Shown here in pieces: positions 28,934 through 39,134 of a stretch of DNA of 57,014 nt. The notes under the pieces were generated by a model. The model was not told the origin of the DNA. It saw only the letters and a program-made list of their open reading frames with translations, and did no database searches. The DNA lies in NCBI RefSeq assembly GCF_026337845.1, contig NZ_JAOVZF010000146.1:1-57014 (forward strand), in the 5' to 3' direction. This DNA comes from Paraliomyxa miuraensis. GTDB taxonomy: Bacteria; Myxococcota_A; Polyangia; Nannocystales; Nannocystaceae. The stretch's first letter is position 1, and every line of letters begins with the position of its first letter. The position numbers and the translations under genes were made by a program.

Positions 28934-29265
28934 GCACGATCGTGACGATCGAAGTGAACTGTGACGACACCACTCATCTGTACTGGAGGCAGCAAGGCTC
29001 CGGATCGTGGACACAGCTCTCCGACAGCATTCCGAATGCCCCCACCATCACCGTCAACAGCTCGAGCACGGTGACGTTCGTGTTCGTTCAGTACTCGGGC
29101 TCCAACGAAGACGTGATCTACAAGGACGGGATCGGCGGCACCCCGCAGCTGCCACCTCAGTCCAAGAACGTCGACCCCGGCGAGACCGAGCTCGTGTTCT
29201 TCGCGGAGAGGGCGGCCACTCCGCAGTGGTATGGGGGCTACGTGAAGGTGTCGCCCGGCCGCTAG
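28930..29265 (+). CDS. Small hypothetical protein (111 aa). Predicted beta-rich. No signal peptide. Lower GC than the neighbourhood.
   Basis: Its ATG overlaps the kinase stop (ATGA at 28930-28933). The ORF is clean and its composition is not GC-artefact-like. Confidence 0.55.
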   Translation: MSTIVTIEVNCDDTTHLYWRQQGSGSWTQLSDSIPNAPTITVNSSSTVTFVFVQYSGSNEDVIYKDGIGGTPQLPPQSKNVDPGETELVFFAERAATPQWYGGYVKVSPGR

Positions 29266-29335
29266 CGCTCGAACGCTCGCATCGACATGCCCCATGCCGA
29301 TGCGAGCGACCGAGGAAGGCGGAGGGTGATGGCAA

Positions 29336-29411
29336 TGGTCGGGCTGGCAGGACTCGAACCTGCGCTCTCGTGCTCCCCGAGCACGCGTCCTGGCCGCTGG
29401 ACTACAGCCCG
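29336..29411 (-). tRNA. tRNA-Pro (anticodon GGG)
   Basis: Reverse complement folds as a cloverleaf: acceptor CGGGCUG/CAGCCCG, D-arm GUCC-AGCGGCCA-GGAC, anticodon stem CGUGC/GCACG with loop UCGGGGA, T-arm GCAGG-UUCGAGU-CCUGC, encoded CCA. Position 33 is C rather than U. Confidence 0.8.
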
Positions 29412-29427
29412 AATGTCAACCGTTGAA

Positions 29428-29504
29428 TGGTCGGCGTGGCAGGATTCGAACCTGCGCCCTCCTGCTCCCGAAACAGGTGTCCTGGACCGCTGGACTACAC
29501 GCCG
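29428..29504 (-). tRNA. tRNA-Pro (anticodon CGG)
   Basis: Reverse complement folds as a cloverleaf: acceptor CGGCGUG/CACGCCG, anticodon stem CCUGU/GCAGG with loop UUCGGGA, T-arm GCAGG-UUCGAAU-CCUGC, encoded CCA. Confidence 0.85.
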
Positions 29505-29564
29505 ATGTTCCTGGTCGAGCCGGGAGCGACCCCTTCGATGGGGCCGCCCCCGGCTCGATGTCGT

Positions 29565-30716
<1,152 letters not shown>

Positions 30717-30798
30717 GGGTCTTGCCTGCTTCACTGCTGACGAAGGAATCGATCGGCCCTCGCATCGTGCTCGCGGCAGGAGCACGCACGTGGACCCC

Positions 30799-30842
30799 GG
30801 GCCCCGGCACCGCGCTCGCACTCGGCCGCGGTGCCGGGGCCC
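30799..30842. promoter_or_regulatory. Perfect 16-bp GC-rich inverted repeat (GGGCCCCGGCACCGCG / CGCGGTGCCGGGGCCC) with a 12-nt loop. It lies ~85 nt upstream of the EF-Tu start on the minus strand.
   Basis: Direct reading. No U-tract on either strand, so it is not a canonical intrinsic terminator. Confidence 0.6.
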
Positions 30843-31361
30843 CCGCATCCGACACGACGGTGACGCGGCGACGAACACGGCGACGATCCCTCGGGTCGTC
30901 ACCGCCTCGGCTCGCGATCGTCCTTCCCATCGCTGGGGGTGAGCACCAGGCCCACCGCGCGAGCGAGAGGCCAAAGCCTGGGCTTCAGCGCTCGGTGTTG
31001 CTCGCGGGACTACGCGTCGTCCGGCTCGTGTCGGGCGTCGTCGAATGCCGCCAATCGGCTCTCGACGCGCGAATTCGGGGGTTTGGTCCTACCAGCCCAA
31101 CTGGCCGGTTACGCCGCGGTTGCTGGCAGCGCCGAATCCGAGCGTCCGCCCTGCGGGAGCAGGCCGACGCGCAGATCGAGCATCTGTCGCTTCGCGGTCA
31201 TGATGACCTTTCATGCGCCATGCCCGTCGATGCGTCAAGGAGAATTTTTCGCGGACCGTGCTTCGAATGGCGAGGACGTGCGGTCCGAGCCGCGAGGAGT
31301 GGTGCATGGATGCGGTTGCACGACGGACAGTCGCGACTCGATACTCGTTGCAGGTGATCGC

Positions 31362-32408
31362 GTGAACGACCCCCACCAGCGCACGGCCAGAGCGTTCGCG
31401 CCGACCATCGCCCCCACGAATGCGATGGCCGATCGCGAGGCCGAGCCGTTGGCCACGGCTGCGACGATCCCCCCGACCGCCAACCCCTCGGGCCACGCCC
31501 CCACGATGCTCGGGCTCGAGGCCGCGGCGCCGGGCGCCTCGAGCTTCGGCACCGACCCAACCGTGTACGGCCTCGAGGCCACGCCAGCGCCGGCATCGGC
31601 GAGCCCATCGAGCCCATCGAGGTTCGGCACCGACCCCACCGTGTACGGCCTCGAGGCCGCGCCAGCGCCGGCACCTGCGAGCCCATCGAGGTTCGGTACC
31701 GACCCCACCGTGTACGGCCTCGAAGCCGCGCCAGCGCCGGCACCTACGAGCCCATCGAGGTTCGGTACCGATCCAACCGTGTACGGCCTCGAAGCCACGC
31801 CAGCGTCGGCACCTGCGAGCCCATCGAGCCCATCGAGCCCATCGAGGTTCGGCACCGATCCAACCGTGTACGGCCTCGAGGCCACGCCAGCGTCGGCACC
31901 CGCGAGCCCGTCGGGCTTCGGCACCGATCCAACCGTGTACGGCCTCGAGGCCACGCCAGCGTCGGCACCCGCGAGCCCATCGAGCTTCGGCACCGATCCC
32001 ACCGTCTACGGCTTGCCCACCGATCCCCCCGTGATGGCCGCTCCTCCAATGCCGTCCGGTCCGCCCACCGCGTACCCCGTGACGTCGGCGCCCGCGATGA
32101 TGCCCGCTCCCGCGCCCGGAGTCCCGTCTCCCTCGCGGCGCCCGATCGTGATCGCGGGGATCGTCACCGCCGCGCTCGGGATCGGTGGGCTGGCATGGCT
32201 GGCCGCGCGCAACTCCCCGTCGTCCCCGACCTCCGTCGAGGCGTCGGGCCCTGACCCCGCCGCTCCCGCGAGCGCTGGCCCCGAACGCGAGACCAAGCGC
32301 TCGTCGAAGCCTCCGCCCGATCCCGAGCCGGGGAAGGTCGACGAGGGCGAGGGAGGCGGCGGTCGATCGCGACCGGGACGACGACTGGTCCGTCGCCTGA
32401 GTCGCTGA
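31362..32408 (+). CDS. Membrane-anchored Pro/Ala/Ser-rich repeat protein with 7 tandem FGTDPTVYGLEA(A/T)PA... repeats, one C-terminal TM helix and a charged tail. The start is uncertain: GTG 31362 or ATG 31425.
   Basis: Seven copies of (S/R)FGTDPTVYGLEA + P/A/S linker. TM segment IVIAGIVTAALGIGGLAWLAA. The frame upstream (to 30939) is Arg/Ser/Cys-rich and not coding-like. Confidence 0.6.
   Translation: MNDPHQRTARAFAPTIAPTNAMADREAEPLATAATIPPTANPSGHAPTMLGLEAAAPGASSFGTDPTVYGLEATPAPASASPSSPSRFGTDPTVYGLEAAPAPAPASPSRFGTDPTVYGLEAAPAPAPTSPSRFGTDPTVYGLEATPASAPASPSSPSSPSRFGTDPTVYGLEATPASAPASPSGFGTDPTVYGLEATPASAPASPSSFGTDPTVYGLPTDPPVMAAPPMPSGPPTAYPVTSAPAMMPAPAPGVPSPSRRPIVIAGIVTAALGIGGLAWLAARNSPSSPTSVEASGPDPAAPASAGPERETKRSSKPPPDPEPGKVDEGEGGGGRSRPGRRLVRRLSR
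31545..32010 (+). repeat. Seven tandem DNA repeats of 60-78 nt (multiples of 3) encoding the FGTDPTVYGLEA peptide repeats
   Basis: Near-identical units ttcggcaccga(c/t)cc(a/c)accgtgtacggcctcga(g/a)gcc(a/g)cgccagcg... lie inside the repeat-protein CDS. Confidence 0.8.
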
Positions 32409-32486
32409 GCGCTGGTGCACGCGCCCACACGCGGCTCGTCCATGCTACCAATGGGCCACCGCGGGCTCGTCTCGCCCGATCGGCCG

Positions 32487-34085
32487 ATGCACCTCGCCGC
32501 CCGACGCCTCTCGCTGCTGCTCTGCGCGCTGCTGCTCCCCGGCTGCGGCAAGCTCGAGGCGTTGCTGGGCCTCGACGAGGACCCGCCTCCTCCACCGCCC
32601 CGACCTGCCGCGGCCGCCGAGGCGGATCCATCGGCCGAGCCCGTCTCGGCGCCGCCCGAGCCCCTGGTGCGCGCGAGCCAGAAGCTTCGCTTCCCCGGCA
32701 AGAGCGGCGAGCACATGGGCTTCGACCTCGACAAGCTCTCCAAGGTGTATGCGCTGGCAGGTGCGGTGGAGCGCCCCGAGTGGTCGAGCCCCGGCGAGGG
32801 CAGCGAGCGACTCGTTCGCGACGACGATCTGCACACCGCGTGGAGCTGCCGTCCCTCGTCCGAGAGCGGCTGCGCCCTCGGCATCCACTTCCCCGTGCCG
32901 GCCGAGGTGGAGGCGATACGCCTCTACGCGCTCCCTCCCGGTGATGGCCCGGCCCGCGCGCGACCCAAGCGGATCCGCGTACACACCACGCAGGGCTGGG
33001 CCGAAGCCCGGCTCGCCGACGAGGACCGGCTCTGGCACGTGCTGCTCGGCGAGCCCGTGCAGACCCGCAACCTCAGCGTGGAGATCATGGAGACCCATGG
33101 CGAGGGTCCCGTGCAGCTGGCCGAGCTCGAGGTCTACGGCCGCACCGGCACCCCGCGCGATCCGCTGGCGATCACGCTCGCGCACACGGTGGTGGCGTTC
33201 GATCCACCCGTGTGGCGCAAGAAGCTACGCACGCACTCGGCCGGACGAGCCTTCCTCGAGCGGGTCGACGCGGACGGGCGCCTGCAGCGGCTCTTGCCCG
33301 GTACCGCACTGGTGGGCCGCACGGGCGATCGACTGCTGCTGATCGAGCAAGCCACGTGGTCCACGTGCGACGATCACCAGGGCGCCTACTCGCTGCTCGA
33401 CACCCACACGCGGGTGCTGGTCCCGCTGGGCGACATGGGGGGCTTTGGCGGACGCGTGTTTCGCCACACCGAGGGCCTGGGCTTCGGCATCGGCCGCGTG
33501 GAGGGCGACGACGCCAAGGTCGAGGCGATCGTGCTCGACGAAGGCGTCTACGAGCGCCGCACCACCGGTCGCCTCGACCAGCGAGCGCCCGCCCAGATGC
33601 TGGCCGACTGGGACATCGAGGGTGCTCCTTTGGCCACCGATCCGTCGGGCACGCTCGCATCGCCTCCGCCGGGCTGCGAGCCCGCGTCGGCGACCTCGCT
33701 CGCTGGCCTGCGCCCCCACCTGCCCAAGCGCACCTCGCTCGATGCCACGCAGTGGACCGCGTGTAGCCTGGGCGATGACCACCAGCTGCTGATCAGCACG
33801 GGCGGCCCCTGCGGCAAGCAATGGCAGGTCGTGGTGCTCGGCAGCGAAGGCGCTCTGCTGGGCCGGCGCTCGGGCAAGGAAGCGGGAACCCACGTGCGCC
33901 TGCGGCGGCTCGACGAGTCCTCGATGCTGATCGAGCTGTGGGGCGCCGACGATCGCCCACGCTTGCTGCTGGCCGAGCTCGGCCTGGTCGACGTGGGTAC
34001 GATCACCGGGCTGTCGCTGCGTCCACCGATCGCGTGCCGCACGCGCTGCGACACGAGCTTCGAAGACCTGGGGCCGGGGAGCTGA
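32487..34085 (+). CDS. Lipoprotein with a discoidin (F5/8 type C / galactose-binding-like) domain
   Basis: Start MHLAARRLSLLLCALLLPGCGK (lipobox). The ...TRNLSVEIMETHGEGPVQLAELEVYG block resembles the discoidin domain C-terminus. The ORF begins 4 nt after the repeat-protein stop. Confidence 0.65.
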   Translation: MHLAARRLSLLLCALLLPGCGKLEALLGLDEDPPPPPPRPAAAAEADPSAEPVSAPPEPLVRASQKLRFPGKSGEHMGFDLDKLSKVYALAGAVERPEWSSPGEGSERLVRDDDLHTAWSCRPSSESGCALGIHFPVPAEVEAIRLYALPPGDGPARARPKRIRVHTTQGWAEARLADEDRLWHVLLGEPVQTRNLSVEIMETHGEGPVQLAELEVYGRTGTPRDPLAITLAHTVVAFDPPVWRKKLRTHSAGRAFLERVDADGRLQRLLPGTALVGRTGDRLLLIEQATWSTCDDHQGAYSLLDTHTRVLVPLGDMGGFGGRVFRHTEGLGFGIGRVEGDDAKVEAIVLDEGVYERRTTGRLDQRAPAQMLADWDIEGAPLATDPSGTLASPPPGCEPASATSLAGLRPHLPKRTSLDATQWTACSLGDDHQLLISTGGPCGKQWQVVVLGSEGALLGRRSGKEAGTHVRLRRLDESSMLIELWGADDRPRLLLAELGLVDVGTITGLSLRPPIACRTRCDTSFEDLGPGS

Positions 34086-34094
34086 GCCCGAACC

Positions 34095-34880
34095 CTAGAG
34101 CGGCCCCACCACCGCGGCCCAGAGCTCGAGCAGCACCCAGATCGCGCAGCAGGCCGCCGCCGCCTCGAGCAGCACGCGCCACAGCGGCCAGCGCTCGCGG
34201 TCCTCGTCGATGCGGATCACCAGCGGCAAGCCCACCAGGAAGTAGGCGGAGTAGCCCAGCGATCCGAAGCGCAGCATCTTGGCCTTGTCGGCGTAGGCGA
34301 AGTAGTCCGACAGGCCGTCGTTGGCCATGGCGAAGGTCTCCATCCATGCGATGCCGTAGCCGAGCACCAGCACCACGAGCACGCGACCGAGCCAGCCCCG
34401 GCCGACCGACCCGCCGAGCTTGCGCAGCGCGACGGGGGCGGCCACGAAGTAGGTCACGAAGTAGGCCTGCGTCAGCGGGTACATGAACACGGGGACCGTC
34501 TGCGACGAGCGCCCCATGTCGGCCTGCAGCGTCCACGTGACGGGAAAGCTGTAGCGCATGCCCATCAGGTCGAAGAAGTAGTGGGTGCCCACGTAGGTGC
34601 CGAAGAACACCAGCACGAACACCCATGCGTTGAGCTTGAACCACCAGCACTCCCAGACCGGCCGCCCGCGATCGGGACGACCCGGCCACAGCCACGGGCC
34701 CACGACCGCGGCTGCCCCGAGCGCGATCGAGAACAGCAGGTAGCCTCGGTCGCCCCAGGTGTGGATCCAGCCGGTGACGATCACCAGCGCGACCGCGAGC
34801 ATCCAGGCGGCGCTATAGCCCAGCAGCCAGCGCTCGGCCCAGGCCTTGTCGGGGTTGGGAGAGAACCAGGACGAGGCCAT
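34095..34880 (-). CDS. Integral membrane protein (261 aa, ~6 TM segments, Trp-rich). Unknown function.
   Basis: Start MASSWFSPNPDKAWAERWLLGYSAAWMLAVALVIVTGW. The ORF track's 790-aa version includes a long junk extension. Confidence 0.65.
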   Translation of the reverse strand: MASSWFSPNPDKAWAERWLLGYSAAWMLAVALVIVTGWIHTWGDRGYLLFSIALGAAAVVGPWLWPGRPDRGRPVWECWWFKLNAWVFVLVFFGTYVGTHYFFDLMGMRYSFPVTWTLQADMGRSSQTVPVFMYPLTQAYFVTYFVAAPVALRKLGGSVGRGWLGRVLVVLVLGYGIAWMETFAMANDGLSDYFAYADKAKMLRFGSLGYSAYFLVGLPLVIRIDEDRERWPLWRVLLEAAAACCAIWVLLELWAAVVGPL

Positions 34881-35201
34881 TGCGGGCCCGGATGGTATCA
34901 GCGCAGCGCGGAGCGCCCATGCCGAAAGCCCGTCCGTAGTTACGCCGTTTTTGCGTCGCCTGCGCGAGGTCGCTCGTACGCAAATGTCCGGGATCACCGT
35001 ACACGCATCTGCGGGTTGCCCCATCCGGACACTCCGAAACGGGACACATGGGGCGACGGCCTCAGACTCGACCGCACGTTGTCCGAGGCGTTGGTACACT
35101 CGCCCCTGAAACACCCCGTGGGTCGACCCCTTCGAGATACCGCCGCGACATCCGGTAGCACGAGCAACTTGCGAAGTGCAGGACCCGGAGATTTCGCAAC
35201 G

Positions 35202-38200
35202 ATGGTCGGGGCGATCCTCGAGCCGGGCTCCGTCGTGGCCGAGCGCTTCGAGGTGGGCGAGATCATCGACTCGGGCGGCATGGGCAGCGTCTACCGAGCC
35301 ACCGACCTGCTCGACGATCGACGCCCCATCGCGCTCAAGGTGATCCGGGACCAGCCTACACCTCACAGCTCGCAGACGGGCGAGCCTCCGGAGCCCGGAA
35401 CATCGCTCGACACCCAGCAGCTGCTCGACAGCTTCCAGCGCGAGGCGGAGCTGCTGGCCAACCTGCGGCACCCCTCGATCGTCCGCTACGTGCACCACGG
35501 CCGCACCAGTAGCGGGGCCCCCTACCTGGCCATGGAGTGGGTCGAGGGCGAGGACCTCAAGTCCAAGCTTCGTCGCGAGCCGCTGACGGTGGCCCAAACG
35601 CTGCGGCTCGGGCTGCGCCTGGCCGAAGGCCTGGCCGCCGCACACCGCGTGGGGGTGATCCACCGCGACATCAAGCCCAGCAACATCCTGCTGCCCGATG
35701 GCAACGTGGACCAGGCCAAGATCGCCGACTTCGGCATCGCGCAGTTCACTCAATTCGTGCTGATTCGGGGTGGTACGCCGGGCTACATGGCCCCGGAGCT
35801 GCACCTCGAGCGCTCGCAGATCGATGCTCGCGCCGATGTGTACTCGCTGGGCCTGCTGCTCACGCGCTGCCTGTCGACCACCGAGAGCCGCCCCAGCCTG
35901 CAGGGCAGCGAGGATCTCCCCACGGCCACGGTGGTCGAGAAGAGCAGCAGCGCCCAGGTCGTCGACGGCACCACGCTGGGGCTGTCGGTGCCCAACGAGC
36001 TCGACGAGCTGCTGCGCCGCATGCTGTCCACCGACCGCAGCCTGCGTCCGGCCCACGGCGGCGTGGTGGCCTCGCACCTGCAGGCGCTGGCCTCCCGCCT
36101 CGACCCGGACGACACGTCCGTGCTGTCGGCCCAGGAGAAGCAGCTGGTCGGGTTGATTCGGGTGGAGCTCGATCCCCGGGCGCATCCCTCCCGCGACGCC
36201 GTGGCCGAGGTGCTCTCGAAGTTCGGCGCCACCCAGCGCGTGCTGGGCCTGCTGAGCCTGGTCATCACGCTCGAGAGCCGGATCTCCGAGGGCGATCACA
36301 CCCTGCGCACGGCCCTGTGCGCGCTCGAGGTGCGCCGGGTATGCCCCACCGCTCGCCTCGCCCTGGTGTTGGGCCAGATTCCCCCACAAACGCAGCAGAG
36401 CCTGATCACCGCGGCGGAGCGGCTGCTCGACCAGGACGAGCCCACGTCCGACGACGAGGGCGAGCACCCCATCCTCATCGACCCTCGCGCAGCCAACCTG
36501 CTCGACGTGCGCTTCGACGTGGAGCGCACCGATGCGGTGTGTCGCCTGCTCCGACCTCGCCGCGAGCTCGCGGCCGGGCGCCTGCTGCTGGGCAAGCCGA
36601 GCCCCTGGGTGGGCCGCACCGGCGACGTGGACCGCCTGCTGCTCACCTACCTCGACGCGGTGGCGACTCGCCGCCCGCGGGCGGTGGTCATGCAGGCCGA
36701 GGCCGGCATGGGCAAGTCTCGCCTGGTCCAGGAGCTGCTCAGCGGGCTCGAAGCCAGCAACACGCCGCCGCTGGTGTGGATCGCTCGTGGCGACCCGGTG
36801 AGCGCAGGATCACCGTTCGCGCTGCTCGCCCAGCTCGTGCACGCGATGGCGGGAATCGCCGAGGGCGAGAGCATGGCGATCCGGCAGTCCAAGCTGCACC
36901 GCCGGCTCTCCGAGTACTTCCAGGGCACCGAGCTGCGACGCGTGGAGGCGTTCCTCGGCGAGCTCAGCCGCACCCCCTATCCCAACGAGTTCTGCTTGCC
37001 GCTGGTGATCGCGCGCCAGGACCCGCAGTACATGGCCGAGCAGACCCGGCGCGCGTGGGAGGATCTGATCGCGGTTGCGAGCTCCAAGCAGTCGCTGGTG
37101 ATCGTCCTCGACGACTGCCAGTGGGGCGACCTGGCCACGCTGCGCTACTTCGATCATGCGCTGCGCTCGACGGCCACGGGGGCGCTCACGCTGTTGGTGC
37201 TGGCCCGACCAGGCGCCTCTCCCTGGGCCGCGCTCGAGGGCACCCCGGGCTTCTCTCGCTTCCAGCTCGAGCGCCTGTCTGCGAGCGACTGCGCCGCGTT
37301 CCTCCAGGAGGTGCTCGGCGACGATCTCTCGCCCAAGCTCGTGCAGCGCATCATCGAGCGCGCCGCGGGCAACCCCCTGCTGCTCGAGGAGCTCGCCCGT
37401 GCGGTGGGCCAGCGCGGTGACGAGCAGTTCGGGGGCACCGAGGACACGATCTCGGCCCTGATGCACGCGAGGCTTCAGAGCCTGGGCTTCGACGCGCGCC
37501 AGATCCTGCGGGCCGGCAGCGTGTTCGGCCCGGTGTTCTGGCTCGATGGCGTGGTGGCGCTGCGCAAGCGGGGCTCGAGCGCGGCGCTGGTCCGCGAGTG
37601 GCTCGAGGAGCTCATCGATCAGGAGCTCGTCGTACGGCGCCCCACCTCGCGCTATCCCGGCGAGGAAGAGTACGAGTTCCACCACCTGTCGATCCGCGAT
37701 GCGGCCTACGGCATGCTCACCGAGGAGGACACGGTGGCCGCCCACCGCTCGGTGGCACGCTGGCTGAGCGAGCGCGGCGAGAGCAACAGCTACATCCTGG
37801 CCGAGCACTTCCGCCTGGGGCAGGAGCTCTCCGAGGCGGTCCGCTTCTACGTGGAGGCCGGACGACAGGCGTTCGCGCGCAACGAGTTCGAGGCGGTCCG
37901 CGAGATCACCGATCGTGCCCTGGCCTGTGCGGAGGGCGGCGAGCTGCAGGGCAGCGAGCTGCAGGGCAGCCTCGAGCTGCTGCGAGCCGAGACCGAAGCC
38001 TGCCTGGGTCGCCACGCGGAAGCCTCGCGCTTCGCGTTTCGGGCGATGGCGGATCTCACCGAGGGAACGCCATCGTGGCTGGCCGCGGCGGGCGAGGCCA
38101 GCCTGGCCAGCGCACGCATCGGCGAGCACGGCCGCGTGCTCGAGGTCATCGAGCACTTCGACGAGATGGACCTGGGTCTGTCGGGCGGAGGGGTGGAGCT

Positions 38201-39134
38201 GATGGGGATCATCCGCGCGGCGATCCCCCTGGCATCCACGGGCTTTGGAGGGACGGCGCTGGAGGTGCTGGACTCGGTCGAGCGCGCGCTGCAGGCCATC
38301 GCCGATCGCAATCCGGACGCCCGCGGCCCCTATCACTCCGCTCGCGCGCTGCGGGCCCTGTGCACGGGCGAGCTGGCGACCACGCTGTTCGAGCTCGAGG
38401 CGGCATCGCGAGAGTTCGAGTCCGCGGGGAGCCTGCGCACCGCCTGGGAGCACCGGGCGAGCGCGGGCTACACCTGCCTCGAACTCGGCATGCTGATGCG
38501 TGGCGAGGGGCTGCTCATGGAGGTCATCCGGACGACCGAGGGCGTGGGCCTGCACCACCTCAACGCGGTCGCCAAGCACAACCTCGGGCGTCGCCTCGCC
38601 GAGGTCGGACGCATCGACGAGGGACGTGCCCTCGAGCGCAGCGCGCTCAAGGCGTTCCAGAACCACGGCAATCGCCGCATGGAGGGCCTGACCCACGCCT
38701 TCCTCGGGCGCATCGCGCTCGAAGACGGCGATCCGCTCGAGGCCGAGCTCCACGCGCGGCGCGGCGTCGAGCTGCTCGAGCGCGAGTCGGGTTCGAAGAT
38801 CGTGGCGCTGTCGACGTTGGCCCAGGTGCTGCTCCACGTCGACCGGCCCCACGACGCCATGGTCTACGCGCAGCAGGCCTTCGATCAGCTCCAGCAGCTC
38901 GTGCTCGTGCACGAGGGCGAGTCGCTCACCCGCTTGGCCTATGCCGAGGCGCTGTGGGGCTGCGGAAGGCGAGAGCAGGCCCTGGCCGCCATCGCGGAGG
39001 CCCACGCCAACCTGCTCGAGCGCGCCGAGGATCTCGGCGCTGCGGACATGGTCAAGCGCGATTTCTTGCATCGAGTCAGCGAGAACGCAGCCATCCTGCA
39101 GCATGCCCAGGAATGGCCAAAGGCCCCCTCATGA
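35202..39134 (+). CDS. Ser/Thr protein kinase fused to an AAA/STAND-like NTPase and C-terminal TPR repeats (PknK/MalT-like architecture, 1310 aa)
   Basis: Kinase: IIDSGGMGSVYRA, IALKVI, VIHRDIKPSNILL, DFGIAQ, APE. P-loop: VMQAEAGMGKSRLVQEL. Walker B: LVIVLDDCQWGD. TPR-like C-terminus. Start MVGAILEPGS. Confidence 0.85.
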   Translation: MVGAILEPGSVVAERFEVGEIIDSGGMGSVYRATDLLDDRRPIALKVIRDQPTPHSSQTGEPPEPGTSLDTQQLLDSFQREAELLANLRHPSIVRYVHHGRTSSGAPYLAMEWVEGEDLKSKLRREPLTVAQTLRLGLRLAEGLAAAHRVGVIHRDIKPSNILLPDGNVDQAKIADFGIAQFTQFVLIRGGTPGYMAPELHLERSQIDARADVYSLGLLLTRCLSTTESRPSLQGSEDLPTATVVEKSSSAQVVDGTTLGLSVPNELDELLRRMLSTDRSLRPAHGGVVASHLQALASRLDPDDTSVLSAQEKQLVGLIRVELDPRAHPSRDAVAEVLSKFGATQRVLGLLSLVITLESRISEGDHTLRTALCALEVRRVCPTARLALVLGQIPPQTQQSLITAAERLLDQDEPTSDDEGEHPILIDPRAANLLDVRFDVERTDAVCRLLRPRRELAAGRLLLGKPSPWVGRTGDVDRLLLTYLDAVATRRPRAVVMQAEAGMGKSRLVQELLSGLEASNTPPLVWIARGDPVSAGSPFALLAQLVHAMAGIAEGESMAIRQSKLHRRLSEYFQGTELRRVEAFLGELSRTPYPNEFCLPLVIARQDPQYMAEQTRRAWEDLIAVASSKQSLVIVLDDCQWGDLATLRYFDHALRSTATGALTLLVLARPGASPWAALEGTPGFSRFQLERLSASDCAAFLQEVLGDDLSPKLVQRIIERAAGNPLLLEELARAVGQRGDEQFGGTEDTISALMHARLQSLGFDARQILRAGSVFGPVFWLDGVVALRKRGSSAALVREWLEELIDQELVVRRPTSRYPGEEEYEFHHLSIRDAAYGMLTEEDTVAAHRSVARWLSERGESNSYILAEHFRLGQELSEAVRFYVEAGRQAFARNEFEAVREITDRALACAEGGELQGSELQGSLELLRAETEACLGRHAEASRFAFRAMADLTEGTPSWLAAAGEASLASARIGEHGRVLEVIEHFDEMDLGLSGGGVELMGIIRAAIPLASTGFGGTALEVLDSVERALQAIADRNPDARGPYHSARALRALCTGELATTLFELEAASREFESAGSLRTAWEHRASAGYTCLELGMLMRGEGLLMEVIRTTEGVGLHHLNAVAKHNLGRRLAEVGRIDEGRALERSALKAFQNHGNRRMEGLTHAFLGRIALEDGDPLEAELHARRGVELLERESGSKIVALSTLAQVLLHVDRPHDAMVYAQQAFDQLQQLVLVHEGESLTRLAYAEALWGCGRREQALAAIAEAHANLLERAEDLGAADMVKRDFLHRVSENAAILQHAQEWPKAPS

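Noticed and set aside
25838-29014. 1058-aa minus-strand ORF antisense to the TPR kinase
   Set aside because: It is antisense to a gene with complete kinase subdomains. It has no motifs and low-complexity composition.
30939-31361. N-terminal 141 codons of the 489-aa repeat-protein ORF
   Set aside because: The translation ([35 protein letters not shown]…) is Arg/Ser/Cys-rich and not protein-like. It overlaps the EF-Tu upstream hairpin. The coding region more plausibly begins at GTG 31362 or ATG 31425.
36810-39104. 764-aa minus-strand ORF, plus the 645-aa minus-strand ORF (47304..49241)
   Set aside because: They are antisense to the two kinase-NTPase-TPR genes and are GC-driven open frames.
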